Part shown: positions 1 through 13,400 of the stretch, piece by piece
How the letters are laid out: each line of letters begins with the position of its first letter
How positions within the stretch are numbered: position 1 is the first letter of the stretch
From: an uncultured Clostridia bacterium
GTDB lineage: Bacteria > Bacillota > Clostridia > Christensenellales > UBA1242
NCBI GenBank assembly: GCA_944362545.1
Contig: CALVTJ010000001.1
Coordinates: 128,500 to 192,499, forward strand
Direction: 5' to 3'
Length of the DNA stretch: 64,000 bases
Translations under genes and position numbers: made by a program
Notes under the pieces: generated by a model
Database searches by the model: none
The model's input: only the letters and a program-made list of their open reading frames with translations
What the model was told of the DNA's origin: nothing

Positions 1-1374
1 AATATCTGCGTGCTTGCAATGTTTCAAGTCTTCATTAAAATATCCGCGATATTCTTGGTTTAATTCTTTTGAATACATGATGACTGTGTCCTCAAAATTG
101 AGATTGAATGACCTGTTGTCAAGATTACAAGTGCCAATTGACAAAATTTCATCATCCACCACAATTGCTTTGCTGTGCACAAAACCATCAAAGTAATATA
201 CATCGACACCGAGTTCAACAAATTCTTTGAGATATGATTGTGTCGCCCAAAAAACTGTGCGGTGATCGGGCTGTGAAGGAACCATCATTTTGATTTTTAC
301 CCCACTTGCAAGTGCAATACGAAGTGCCGACATAAATGCTTCATCTGGCACAAAATAAGGAGTTTGAATCAAAATCTCTTTTTTGGCATTTGTGATAAGT
401 TTGATAAAGGTTTCTTTGATGTTTTGAATTGGACTGTCAGGTCCAGAAACCACAACCTGCAGGTAAGCATTGCCTGATGTGATAGGTTCTGGAAACATAC
501 CCTGTTCCATGTAATAAGAAGATGGATAATTTTCTTTCTTGACATAACGCCAATCGTTTAAAAAGATGTTTTGAAGTGGATAAACCCCTGTCCCAACAAT
601 TCTCAAATGCGCATCACGCCACGGATGTAGTTTTTTCCCTTTATTCATGTGGTCATTTCGAATATTCATGCCACCAGTGTAAGCAATCTTGCCGTCAATG
701 ACAACAATCTTTTTGTGGTTACGATAATTCATTTTTAGATTTATCATGCGGATATAGGCAAATGGTGGAAAAAATTCTGCCACTTCTCCGCCTGCTTTTT
801 TTAACTTTCTAAAAAATCTTCTAGGTGCTTTCAAGCAACCGATGGAATCATAAATAAGTTTGACTTTGACTCCTTCTTTTGCTTTTTTGATAAGTGTATT
901 CATGACACTTTTTCCTGTTTCATCATCATCAAAAATGTAATATTCAATGTTTATACTCTCTTTGGCATTTTCAATGTCTGCAAGCAAATTCTTCAACTTA
1001 TCTTGACCATCAATGAAAATTTTGATGCCATTTTTGGGGCATAGAATACTGCCATAGTTATAACAACATCGCACAAGACTCAATGTGTTTTCATATTCTT
1101 TTGACATAGACTTTTCATCATCAAAATATTTTATTATTTTTTGATCATATTCCAAGCCATAAAGTTTGTGGTTTGCTATCATGTGTCTAACTCTAATGGA
1201 CAGACCACTGCCAAAAATCAAATAAATCAAAAAGCCAACAATCGGCAAAAAGGTCAAAACAGTCACCCAACTTATCACTGTACTAAGAGACCTTCTTTCA
1301 ATGAAAATCATTGAAATCATAATCAGGAAATTTAAAATGATGTAGGCAATAAATACCCAAAACCATACATTCAT
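1..1374 (-). CDS. cls: cardiolipin synthase (PLD family); the 3' end runs off the window
   Basis: This gene is absent from the ORF track because it has no stop codon in the window. My translation from the ATG at 1374 gives MNVWFWVFIAYIILNFLIMISMIFIERRSLSTVISWVTVLTFLPIVGFLIYLIFGSG, a typical Cls N-terminal TM pair. Two in-frame HKD motifs are present: NHKKIVVIDGKIAYTGGMNI (661-720) and VHSKAIVVDDE (148-180). The frame stays open to base 1. Confidence 0.85.
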   Translation of the reverse strand, partial: MNVWFWVFIAYIILNFLIMISMIFIERRSLSTVISWVTVLTFLPIVGFLIYLIFGSGLSIRVRHMIANHKLYGLEYDQKIIKYFDDEKSMSKEYENTLSLVRCCYNYGSILCPKNGIKIFIDGQDKLKNLLADIENAKESINIEYYIFDDDETGKSVMNTLIKKAKEGVKVKLIYDSIGCLKAPRRFFRKLKKAGGEVAEFFPPFAYIRMINLKMNYRNHKKIVVIDGKIAYTGGMNIRNDHMNKGKKLHPWRDAHLRIVGTGVYPLQNIFLNDWRYVKKENYPSSYYMEQGMFPEPITSGNAYLQVVVSGPDSPIQNIKETFIKLITNAKKEILIQTPYFVPDEAFMSALRIALASGVKIKMMVPSQPDHRTVFWATQSYLKEFVELGVDVYYFDGFVHSKAIVVDDEILSIGTCNLDNRSFNLNFEDTVIMYSKELNQEYRGYFNEDLKHCKHADI

Positions 1375-1416
1375 AACTGTTTAGACCTTTTAATCTCGTT
1401 TGTTGTTTTAAATGTT

Positions 1417-4400
1417 TTATTGGATTGTGAAGTTTACAGTAATAAGGTAATAAGCATCTGCTGTGCGAACATAATATGTCGCTGTTGTATCTTCTTCAAG
1501 CATGATTGTTGTCACTTGTTGGATGCCATTATCTGTCAACTGATAGTATCCCAAAATGCTGTTTGCAAGGCTTACATCTCCCAGCACTTCTTCGGCAATT
1601 TGTGAGTTTAATGCTGACAAAGTGAACGCATTGTTCAAAACGGTCTGATAGGTTATTTCATCAACTCCCGTTGGAGTATCATGGTAAACATAGAATGTGA
1701 AGTTGTATCTTGCAAAGCGTGTCACACCTTGACTGTCGGTGTATGTGATGAGATATCTTCCTGTCACCAAATTCTCGCCTGCAATCATTTGTTGTGCCGT
1801 TCTGTTCTCTTCTGTCAAGATGTTTCCTGTGCCGATTATTTCAACAGAAGTGATGTTTGCTTGTTCAATTCCAAGTCCGCTTGCCACTTCGTTTGTTATA
1901 ACATCTCTCACATTGTCATTTTCGCCAATATAAACACCTTCACTTGTTTGGGTTGAAGATGATACCTTGTAGGTGACATCATATTTTTGGATAGAGGTAT
2001 ATTCGCCATTTTCTCTAATTGCTACAATATATGAATATGTTGTTGAACGGTTTACTCCCAAACTCAAAGTCTCGGAAATTACACTTTCAATGGAAGATGA
2101 GTCAATTCTGTAAAACTCTACACTCTGTCCTGCCTGCAAAGATACGAGATTTGAAAGTTGGAAGGTGGAAGAAGGAATCAAAACCACTGACATTACCTTG
2201 CTGTCCTGCTCATCTGCACCATAGATATAGAATGTCTTTGTCACAAGTCTGGACTGTCCACCATTACTTGGCTGTGCAAGATAATTCATCGTGAAAATTC
2301 CTATCTCGCTTGATGTGAAGTCTGTGACTTCTTGGATGGTTCCATTACTGTTTAACAGATACCAAGTGTATGCGGTGTCAAATGCTTCTGTAAAGTGGTC
2401 ATTTTGTCTGCCAAAGTAAGATTGTTCTTCTCTTGTTGAGGTGTTGTAAACAATTATCTCCGATGTGAAGTACCTTGCAGTAATTTGTCCACTTACACTT
2501 GTTCTGCCTGTCACAACAACAGTGATTGCATAATTACCGGCATTTGTAAATCTATAAGAATTGAGATTGTCAAAAGAAATGTAATTTGTATCTGTTGCTC
2601 CATTAAGTCTATAACTTACAAGATGATATGATCTGTTATATCCAAATGTGCCAGCAACAACACTTCCATAAATGTTTTCAAAATCAACTTCTTCCCCGAC
2701 ATTTGTCGCAAAGGATGTCAAATTACCAAATGACTGAGTTATATTCTGTGTCGATAATGATCTGTTGGCATAAAGCGTGTAGCCCGATGGCACAACAATG
2801 ACATCACCATTTACGGTGTATATGCCCGCTGTGCTGGTCACTTGTGTGGTAGGATTATTAGCAGAATTCAAGAAAAATCTAAACGAACCAAGTCTTATGC
2901 GCGTGCTTTCTTCTTCAAACGCACCATTTTGTCCCGACATTTTCATGTAAACATTGACAGTGAATGTATGTGTGCCCAAAGCAATATCTGTCGAAGTTGT
3001 GACAAGTCCTTTTTCATCAATAAATGCCGAACCTGCACCTCCGTCTCCTGTGCTGATTTCAAATACAAATTTGAACGATTCATTGCTATTTGCAATATTT
3101 GCTAAAGTAGTGTCATTCTGCCCATGTAATGTCACATTTGTTCCCCAACTTGAAAGGGAAACAAGATAATATGTGCTGTCTCCATTTGACATTCTGTAAT
3201 AGTTTGTGACTCCAAACAAACTGCTTGATGTCGCACTGCTGTAAAGAGGAACAATAGTGAATGTCTGAGAATATTGATATGTCTGTCCATTGTCTTGATG
3301 CAAGAAGTAAAGTGTTTCTGTTTTGCTGTTTGATGACAAAAGTTCATCTTCGCTTTCAATGTGTTGAACAAGCGCACCAGAATTGTTGGTGTAGCGAGCA
3401 ATGGTTGTCCCTGTTCGGCCGTTAAGGTTCTCTATTGCTCTTCCATTATAATTGATTGTCGGACTGCCTGTGCTGTCAATCACATCAATATAGAAGCTGT
3501 CTCCGCTTGCAAAGTTTTCATTCAAATCAACCACACTTGCTGAAATACCGACATATTCAATAGTTGTATAGCCACCATCTTCGTTTGTGTTGGTGTTGTT
3601 TGTGAAGGAAACAATCCTTGCAGTCTTTGTCCCACCTGCGCAAGTTAGAATTCCATCTTCTTCATTGACAGCAGAAATTGATGTATCATTGACCACAAAT
3701 TTAATGCTTTCGCCTGGGTCAAGCACAACTTCAAGTGTGTCGTTGAGAACGGTGTTCCCGGCATTTACTGTTGGAGAGTTTGTGTCATAAATTGTTGAAC
3801 TTGCAAACAAATTGTCAGAAGGCTCTCTTTGCAATGTGACATATTGATTTACCACGCAAGTTTCTCCATCGCTTGCTGTGCCAGAAACATCAATCAACGT
3901 AATTGCCATTCTAACATTAGAAATTGTTGTGCCGGTGCCATAATATACTCCACTTACAACAGGAACAACAAATTCTTTGTCTTCATCATAACCTTCGCCT
4001 CTTGAAATTTCTTTCGTGCTACCATTTTCACTGATAAATGAATATTCCGTATTTGTGATCAAAGAAACTTCTTCTTTTGTTGCTCTATTAAATGTTGTTA
4101 TATTGTTTGTTGACATTGCGCCGGAAGAATTTTGATATGTTCCACCAAGCCAAGTCTCTCCGAGATAGAACTCTATTTGTTTAACTTTGATTGTTCCCAT
4201 GCTTGAAACACTAGCATCTGGTTCATTTACTGCTCCAAGCCTGTTTGCATAGCCGTATGCCGAAATGCCGGAAAGTGAGACTGAAACATCTGGAGATTCA
4301 ACCCTGATATCTGTTGGAATGAAATTTGGTTCAGTGTAGCCACTTGCAATTGTTTGAACTTGTCTAAGTTCTGTTTCATTGTAGGTGACTGTATAACTTC

Positions 4401-7400
4401 CAACTGGTCTCGTGTTTTCAACAGTGTTGTTGTCTTCTCCCCATGTTGTCTGTCTTACGATTGTCAATGACAAAACACAAGAAGCGCGTGAGAGATTTTC
4501 TTGAGTCAAAGCATAATTTTCGCCTTCAAAATACCATTCTTCTTCATCATTGTTGCAAATTGTGAGTGTGATTTGTGCATTTTGAACAGTCAAATCAATC
4601 CAAGTCTTTGTCAAAACGGAACCTGCTTGCAACTGCCCCACTGCACTGTCAAGAGTGACAGCAAGGGATGCTCCGGTGATTGAATAGTTTGTGTTGCCAC
4701 TATATGTGTTATTTTTCAATGCAATTGTAATTGTGTTGATATATTGACTGCCACTACCCATATCTGATGATTGAACATATTCAAATGCATTAAATGTGAC
4801 AGTTGTTGATGTTGTTGATGCTCCAGCCGGAGTGACAGTCTGGAATCTCAAGCCAACACCAATTGAATCTCCTTCTGTGATTGTAGAATCTGCATTATAA
4901 ATAACCGGATTGACTTCAGCAGTCATTGTAAAGTAGAAGTTAAGTTTATAACCAAAATCATTTTCCGCTTGAATGATAAAGTTCTTTTCTCCAAGATTTA
5001 TTTTAGATAATGTGACTGCGAGATTTTCTGCATCAAATGCATCGGATGTATAATTTCCATTGGAACCTGTCCATCCAGAATTTGTTCCAAAATTGATGTA
5101 TGAATCTCCATCTGCATTTGTCTCATTATAGTCATTTCTTATGTTTTGAGTGTAAGTGTAAGTAAATTCATTTGCTGAACTGTCTGTTTGTCCATACATA
5201 TTTGCCACAACTGTTGAAGCCAAAGCTACTTGATTTTCTAGTGTTGTCCAAAGATTGAATGAAACAGTGGTTCCGCTCTGTCCCAATCCACTCAACAAAA
5301 TTGCGTATGGCGAATTGCTGTTGCTTGCAATGCTCTGCCCATTTTCGATTTCATTTGCACTGTTGATATAGTTTTGATCATCTTCCTGTTGGCTCTTGAA
5401 TCTTATCTGTGAATTTGGCAAAACTCTAAACAAAATATTGTGTGATTTTGTGATAAATCTCCCTCCAATTTCCACACTGTAGGTGAGTTTCATCATCACA
5501 TAATTTCCATCATTGTTTGCCCCGTTTGCCTGAATGAGGAAGTCAACATTTTTGCCCTGTGCACGAACACCAGAAATGGATATAAAGTTTCTGGAAACAT
5601 CTCCACCATTTTCTGCTACATTTATTGGGACTCCTGCTCTCGGTGAAAGTCCAGTGCTGTAAACAATGTCGCTTGGGCCCTTTCCATCTGTGCTTATCAG
5701 AGTGTTGTGAATTTCTCCCGCTGCTTTTGCAAGTTCATCGCTACCTCTGCCTGTAAGATCTACCGGCAAATCTGTAAAGCCATAAATCTGCAAGGTGATA
5801 TTGCCAGCCGAATTTGTCATGCTTGTTTGGTCATATGCCTGCCCTGTGCGTGTGTTTGTGATGCCAAATGCTGAGTATGATAGCAAACTATGCTCTTCTC
5901 CTGCATTGATGTCCACGGTTGTGTAATCAAGGGAATCGGCGTTTCCTGTCACTTCAAATTCAATGTCAAGTTCAAGATTGTAGATTCCATTTGTTTCAAT
6001 GTTTTGTCCATCAAGTTGAATAGAGATAGACAAACTTATCTGCCTTCCATAATCATCAACAGAAAGTTCAAAGTCCTCTGCGTTTTCTGCAACAGAATCT
6101 TGAGTTAATCTCAGAATGATATCATCATCAAAAGTGATTGGCGTTCTATCATAATAATAAGCCACAATTCTGCTTGTAAGTGAAGGCGCTTGAATGTAAA
6201 GGTTTTCATCATTTTCAGCGGATGAGCCTGCTTCGGCAGATTCTCTTGTCAAGAATGTGCCAACATATTCATATCCTCCAAAACTTCTGCCAAGGTCATA
6301 GTTTACAAGTCCAGAATTATCATTTGTGACATCAATAATTTGCACTTCATTTGTGCCGTTTATCAATCTCAAATAATATGTGGTGTTTGTCTGTGCAGAA
6401 TCTGAAAATTCATATCTCAAAATTCTGTTTTGAGCAAACAAGTTTGCACTTGCCATCCGTGTCAAATCTTCGGCATAAACAACCTCTCTGTTGTCCAAAT
6501 AATTTGGTGTGTTTGTCGAAATTTGAATAACTGAACCTGCAACTATCACAACTGAATAAGTTGTGTTCACGTTGTTTACTGTCACATCAAAGGAAACACT
6601 GGCATTGCTGGAAGAGTTGATAATTCTAAACTGCAAATCAATACCAGAAACATTGTCTACTCCTGTGACAATAGTCATGTCTTCTGAATCTGCACTGATA
6701 TTTTTGAGAACATCTCCTGTCACCAAAACTGTAGCATTCGAAATGCTTGACACACTGATATTCCAATTGTTTGTAATGTTTTCTGTTGAAATTGCATCAA
6801 CATTTGCCACGACAATTCTGTTTTCTGTTGCAAACATTGCCGGACTTGTGAAGAAGCTTTCAATCACTTCTGTCGAATAAGTTTCATCTGCTCCCTGTGT
6901 TGTAGCGATATATTCTGTGTCAATTTCATTTGTTCCGTCTGGTTTTGGATAATGTGGTGTGACCACAACATTAGGAAGAATTCTATATCTGTAAATCACT
7001 GTAAAACGGAAAATCTCTTGGCTATTGAAAAGATATACTAAGTTAAAATTGTGGTCAACTCTTGTTTCATTTGCCACGTTTTCTGGAACAATTGACATCT
7101 CATCAACGAATGAACCATCCGTTGAGACAAATTGATATGCCGATCTGGTGTCTTCAGCATCGTAAAGTGGAAGAAGATTTGAAATATACCCCCTCAATTC
7201 TTCCATGGAAACAGCAAATGACAATGTTCCGTAATGTTCTGCATTGTCGGTAGCTCTTCTTGTTTGGTTGATAACAAAGGATGAGGAAACTTCAATCTCA
7301 AAAGTGAAGGAATATTTGTTTTGATCTGAATCAGTTATTGTTGCTAAAAATTCGAAAGTCACATCGTTTGTCAAATGTGCAAACTCAATTGTATTTTCTT

Positions 7401-10400
7401 GATAGGTCTGAGCATCGTTGTTTATAAACACAAGGTCTGACAAAGTCAAATTTTCACCAAATGCTTCTTCTCCATTAAGAAGTGCGATATCCAAATCCAG
7501 AACTGTAAGTTGTGAAAGAGAGCTATCAATTGAAAGGTTTGAAAAAATGGTATTGTTTTCTCCAACAAATTCATATCTCTGTCCTCCAACAAATGCAGCA
7601 CTATCGTTGATAGTCCACTTAAAGTAGCTTGAAACGGTCAAATCAATTCTAAATACCACTCTCTCTTGTGTGTAAAAACCGATTTCGTATGTTCGATCTT
7701 GCGAAACTGTTTGTTGTGGCATAATATGCAAACAATGACTTGCATCAAGATAAGCAAAAGTCCATCCAACAGATTCTTTTGAAACATAATATGTGTTGTC
7801 TCCATCATTCAAAGTGATGATTGTTGGGTCATCAGCAAAGTCATCAATTGAATTTTGCCAATCTCCAATTATGATGTCTTTTTCAACTGTGCCATTTGAA
7901 GTGTTCCCTGTTGCATCGGTGTAAAGAGTTGAGCCAGCCTTAATGTAAACCTTCGCCTTGAGAGATGAGATAAGATTGTCATTTTCGCCAGAAATGTATG
8001 CCCAATATTCACTCACCGTGCTTTCCGTGCCATTGCTGGAAATTCTTATGTTTGTGTTATATTGCACTTCATTGCTTCCAGCATAGATCGTCGAAGAATA
8101 TCTTTGGTCATTGTCTGTATCAACTAACGGAGTCTCTTTCCCTCCATCAATTTGTGTCACACTGTGAACATAGTTGAGCCCTTGATTGAAGTAGATGATA
8201 TATTGAAGTTCGCTTCCAATCATTCTATGCCCGTCAACCGCAAAACTCTTTTCAATTATAATTGTAAGCTTGCTTGTGTTGTCGACAAGTTTGATGTTGA
8301 ATACTCCATCTTCAAAATTGTAAGTGAAATATTGTCTATATGAATCTATATCAAGTGTTTTTTCTCCAATGCTTGCACTCTTGATAATATAGGTTGAAGT
8401 GAGTTGTTGCCCCTCTTCTAAATCAGTTTCCCATTGTGCAACATCACCAAATCTCTTACCGGAATCATACCTGCTGTTTTGAGCATTGAAGTTTTCTTCA
8501 AGGTCAATGGTGTAGGTTTGTGTCTCGGAATCATAGTAATTTGAATAAATATCTAGATATTCTCCGCCATCGCCATAAGGATATGTCACCGTGCCATTTG
8601 TGAAACTTGGAGAAACCTTGACACGATAATACCATGAGAATGATTCGCTGTCATAAGTGTGAATGTTGAGTCTTAAAACCACGTAAACATCAGTCATAGA
8701 ACTCTCAAGGTGATTGAGTTTAAGTTTTGTGACATTTCCTTCTTCATCGCTTTCCAAAACTGCCAAACCGTTTACATAACCTTGTGCAGTCGTGACAATT
8801 GAAAGTTCATAAATGGCATCGCCTGAATTTATCAAAGTACTGTCACCATCAAAATAGAAGCCAAAAGCATCACTTGTTGAACCAAATGTTTTGCTTATGT
8901 CATGAACAATGGTGTAAGTTTTGCCAGCTTGCAACTGTTGATAAACATTGTCTTCTTCAAGTGCAGTATAATCACCAATAATAGTGCTGAAGTCAACGTT
9001 TTCAAAGTTGTTGAAAATCATTCCTCCCTCATCATCCGGCAATGCACCATTGTTGTAATAAACAAACCTGTCTCCAATCTTGCTGACAATGGCATTGAGT
9101 GCCACAGTAATTGTCAAAGAATGTCCTTGAGTGTCAACAAATCTCTTTTCTGCACTAAATGCGTTTCCTGTCAAACTTACATAGCCTGAAATTGTCGGAT
9201 TTGTTCTCAAAGAGTTTTGAATATCACTGTAAAGATTTCCTGTCGCAGAATCTTGTGTGATAACAAAATCATTTTGTGTCAAATATGTTGAGTTTTGCAT
9301 CAACAACAGGTATGTCTGTCCATTGTATGTGACAACATTCACTCTTTCTCCATCTTCTGCACGAAGTACACTCGAAGCCATGTCATTCACATTTTCTCCA
9401 CCAAAACCAATGTCAAGTGAAATGGTCATCGCTCCGGACTCTTCACATAAAACAACCTGCGTTTCATCTCCGGCATCCAAAATTTTTGCCGCATCCAATG
9501 TCTGTACCGTACTTGATCCCCAAACCTGTGCGTCAATTCGGTAAGTTTGTTCCACTTTTTGTCCTAGAGTCAAATTAAGAGTTTTCCCATCTTCAAAAGT
9601 GTAAATATATGAGTTTGCCACAGTAGTGTTTCTTATTATATTTAGGTATACGTTTGTAGAAATATTATTATAGACAAAAACAATATTTCCTGGTGTAGCG
9701 TTTGAAACAATTTCTTCTGCGCCATCAAATCCACCGTTTTCAATATAGGATGTGAAGCGGAAAAGTTGGAAACTTGAAGAAAGCTGAAGAGAACTGATGT
9801 TTTCAAGATCAACGAAAGGATTGCTTGAAAGATCACTAACTCTCTGCCTAATAACAATGTTTGGATTTATGTATAGTGTGACAGTCACACTGCAAGCGTA
9901 ATAAGAATTTTTACCATAATAAAGTGTAAACGTGACAGTGTCAAACTGATAGATGTCTGAAATGTTGAGATAAACATGATCCCCATCACCTTCTTGTACG
10001 ATTGATAAACTGCAAAAATCTTCTGTCGCGTAAAACACTCCATTGATATCCGAATTGAGTGAAAGTCCACTCAAAACATCTGCCCAAGAATAAGGATTTC
10101 CAAGATGAGATGTAAGTGTGACATAATCTGCAAGATCATAACTTTGTCCCGCAAACACACTAATAGAATTTCCACTTGTGACAAGATATTCAGCATTTTG
10201 CTCGTAATAGGTGTTAAAGTTTTGTCTAACTTCAATGTCTGCTTTCAAAATCAAAACAAGTGTAATATCAAACAAAGCCTCTGCACTATCTCTCACTGAA
10301 AAGATGATATGTGTGTCCTCTCTGAATGGATTTATGATATTCAATGTCGAAATAGGCATGTTGCGATAATTTGTTATATCATCTGTTTCATCTTCTTCCA

Positions 10401-13400
10401 AACCGGCATCATCATTAAAACTTATCATATCCATGATATCTTGTCGGTTTGTTGCGCTGAGAGAGGAAACAAAACTCTCATCAAGTTTGTAGACAACATC
10501 GTTGGCAAGGTTTAATTCTCCATCATTGCCTGATGTGTAAATTCGAAGCAAGGTGTTAAGGTCAATAGTTTGATTGCTTGTGACATATTTTTCCACTGTC
10601 GCACGACTCAAATCATCACTAGATACATAATCATCATCAGTCACCACACCAACTGTGTCTGTGGTGTCATATTCCAATCTTTGAATCCCTTCGCTTTGAA
10701 CAACAAAATTTAAAGTTTGCGATATCATTGGTTGTGTTGTCACGTTTCCATCTTCATCAAAGACAAAAACTTCATTTCCTTCTCTATTCACAACATGTGC
10801 GGTAAGGGATGTACGGCGTGTTTTCCCTTGTGTTGAAATAAAGTTTTGGATGTGTTCCAAATTGCTGTCAAGACTCAAAACCTCATCTTCAATGCCATCT
10901 GTTGTAGTTTCAACAAGTCTTACAGAATAGATGTTGGTGTTGTCTTGAATAATATTTCCAAATTGGTCAGTCAAGGTGAAAGTCAAAAGTTCGTTAAGTT
11001 GTGCAAGAGCCTGCTCTGCGGTGCCTTCAATCACTCTGTCTCCCCATGTGATTGTCACCCCTTCTGCTGCTGAGATATTGACAATGATGTCATCAACAAC
11101 TCCATCGCCATCGTTGTCCAAGTCATTTGCACTTTCAAATTCCGCTTCCATCAAAACCGGTTGTTGATAATAAACATAGAAATAGTCTTTACCAGCATCA
11201 TTGCCAGAAATTGTGATTGGTTTTGTGTAAATTTCGTTTCCATCATTATATTGAAGTTGTAATCTTATATACGTGCCCATATCAAGAGATGTTCTTCCTG
11301 CCGCGAAGAAATTTTCTTCAATAGCAAGACTCCCTTCAAATGTGATTGATGTGCCTTCAATACCCGTTCTGACAAGTCCTTGCCATGTGATGTATTGGTT
11401 TGTTGTCTGACCACTCATGTCAAGACAAGCAATTTGAAGATTACCTGCGTTAAATGCATCAATAACTTTTTGAGCATCTGTTTCTGGATCTTCGCTATTG
11501 CTCAAAACAAGATTAAATGTCAACATATTCCTTTGGGAACCTGTTTCGTTTCTGTTCACTGCAGGAATGTAATAATCATTATTATGATCAACGTTTGGCA
11601 TGATTGTAGCATCAATAACCACTGACGGTGTCATGTTGGCAATTGAAAGTGTGCTTTCCACCATGACTTCTTGTGCTCTGGAAGTATTGACAATGAGACA
11701 CTTTCCATCTTCGGTAAGATAAGGTCGATTGTCAGCATCAGTTCTTATTGTTGCAGCCACAACTTTGACTGTTCCTGAAAAACTCTTGATTGCGGTTAAA
11801 ACAGAATCATCATCAATTTCATAAAGAGTGTAATAGCCTTCTGGTGGCATAATCGCATTTGAAATTTGCAGAGTTTGTCCCAAATAGTTTGTGTTATAAG
11901 TCGCTCCCTGTCCGCAAACAAAGACATCGTTGATGTCAATCTCGGCATAACCCTGCACCGTTGTGTCAATCAAAAGGAAGTATTTGACAGTGCGATAAAT
12001 ATTTTCAGAGTTTACAGGTGCAAGTCTGCTGTCAAGCCTTATGCTTGCCGGCACAACATTGCCATTTTCATCATAGTTGATAGTGAGAGTTATTGTGTCA
12101 TTATTGACAAAACTTGGTGGGTCCTCATTGTCTTTTGTCTCCGCATTCAAAACAAAAGATTTTTCCAAATTCTCTTGTCCATTAAAAGCAAAGAAGTTTT
12201 GCCACATACCCTCTTCATTTTCAAAGAAGAAGTTGACAGAAAGCGTGTATATTGTTTCTTCTGATGAAGCCATTCTCCAGAAATAATCATCATAACTTTG
12301 TGGAGTGCTGTTTGCTAAAATATAATATTCTGTGCCATCTGGTGCTGTTGCGTAATCAAAATCTTGGTCAAAAGGCAATCTTGTGATTGTCACCGCTCCA
12401 TCATCTGCAGTCACAACTTCCATGACATCTCCACCAAGAATTTTCAATCCTTGCTGATTTTTTGGAATTTTTATACCAATGTTTCCGTAAAGGGATGGCA
12501 GTTCTCCACCACTGCTGTCCAAAATTGTCAAATCAAGATTGCCGTTCCCATTTGCAGATGAGGCAGTCAAGGTGAAATATTGGTCGAGATAGGTGTCAAA
12601 TGTTGTGTCAGCATTCCCAACAGTCACGCTGTCAACATCAACATCCAACACGCGCACATTGACAGTGGTGGAAACACAAGTTTCAGGATGTTGTTCAAAA
12701 TAACGCAAAACCTGTGAAGTCAAAAGTTCTCTATCTTCTGTTATGTTGGCAAATTCATTCATAACCCGCCATTGATAATAGGAATTTTTAAATGTCGAAA
12801 CTGTGATAGTGTCAAAATTGTTTCCGCTTCTTTGGTTAGCATAAAAACGACCACTCTCCCAATCATATGAGATGTATGACCTTGTGTAAGAATAGAAAAT
12901 TTCCTTCTCTCTTGTCTCATCGCTGAAAAGATATTGACTTTTTTCTGGCGAAAAAGTAGTATCAAGAGTAAAGTTTGTGCCAATCACAACATCCTGTGTC
13001 AAGCCTTGTTGCTCGGTGCCAGAAACAGAGACATCAATCGTGGAAACCGGTACATCAACATTGATGGTCACTGTCTGCGGAACAAGTTCGATGTTTGTTG
13101 AACGGGCTGTCAAAACAGAAGTTCCCCCAACCGGCCAGTCTTGAAAAATTTCAGCATTATAATCTTGGTAAAGAGTCACTTCAAAAGGCGTTCCGATTCT
13201 CACGGTTTGTGGAACAATGACAATTCCATCTGTTATGTAATCTGCATTGTAAGTCCTTCCATTTTGCAAAGAGAGTGTGACATCTCTCTCTGTCACACCT
13301 TCGGTGGTGGAAGTGATTGTCAATGAAAAATCAGAAGAGGTCTCAAACCTGCCAAGACTTTCATTGAAATAAGCCTCGCCTTCATCCACATCTCTCACAA

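Noticed and set aside
1420-13326. About 35 short plus-strand ORFs (60-132 aa) and a few minus-strand off-frame ORFs listed inside the giant gene.
   Set aside because: All lie antisense or out of frame within one continuous 12.1-kb ORF. They lack SD sequences and promoters and have odd, Cys/Phe-rich compositions typical of shadow ORFs.
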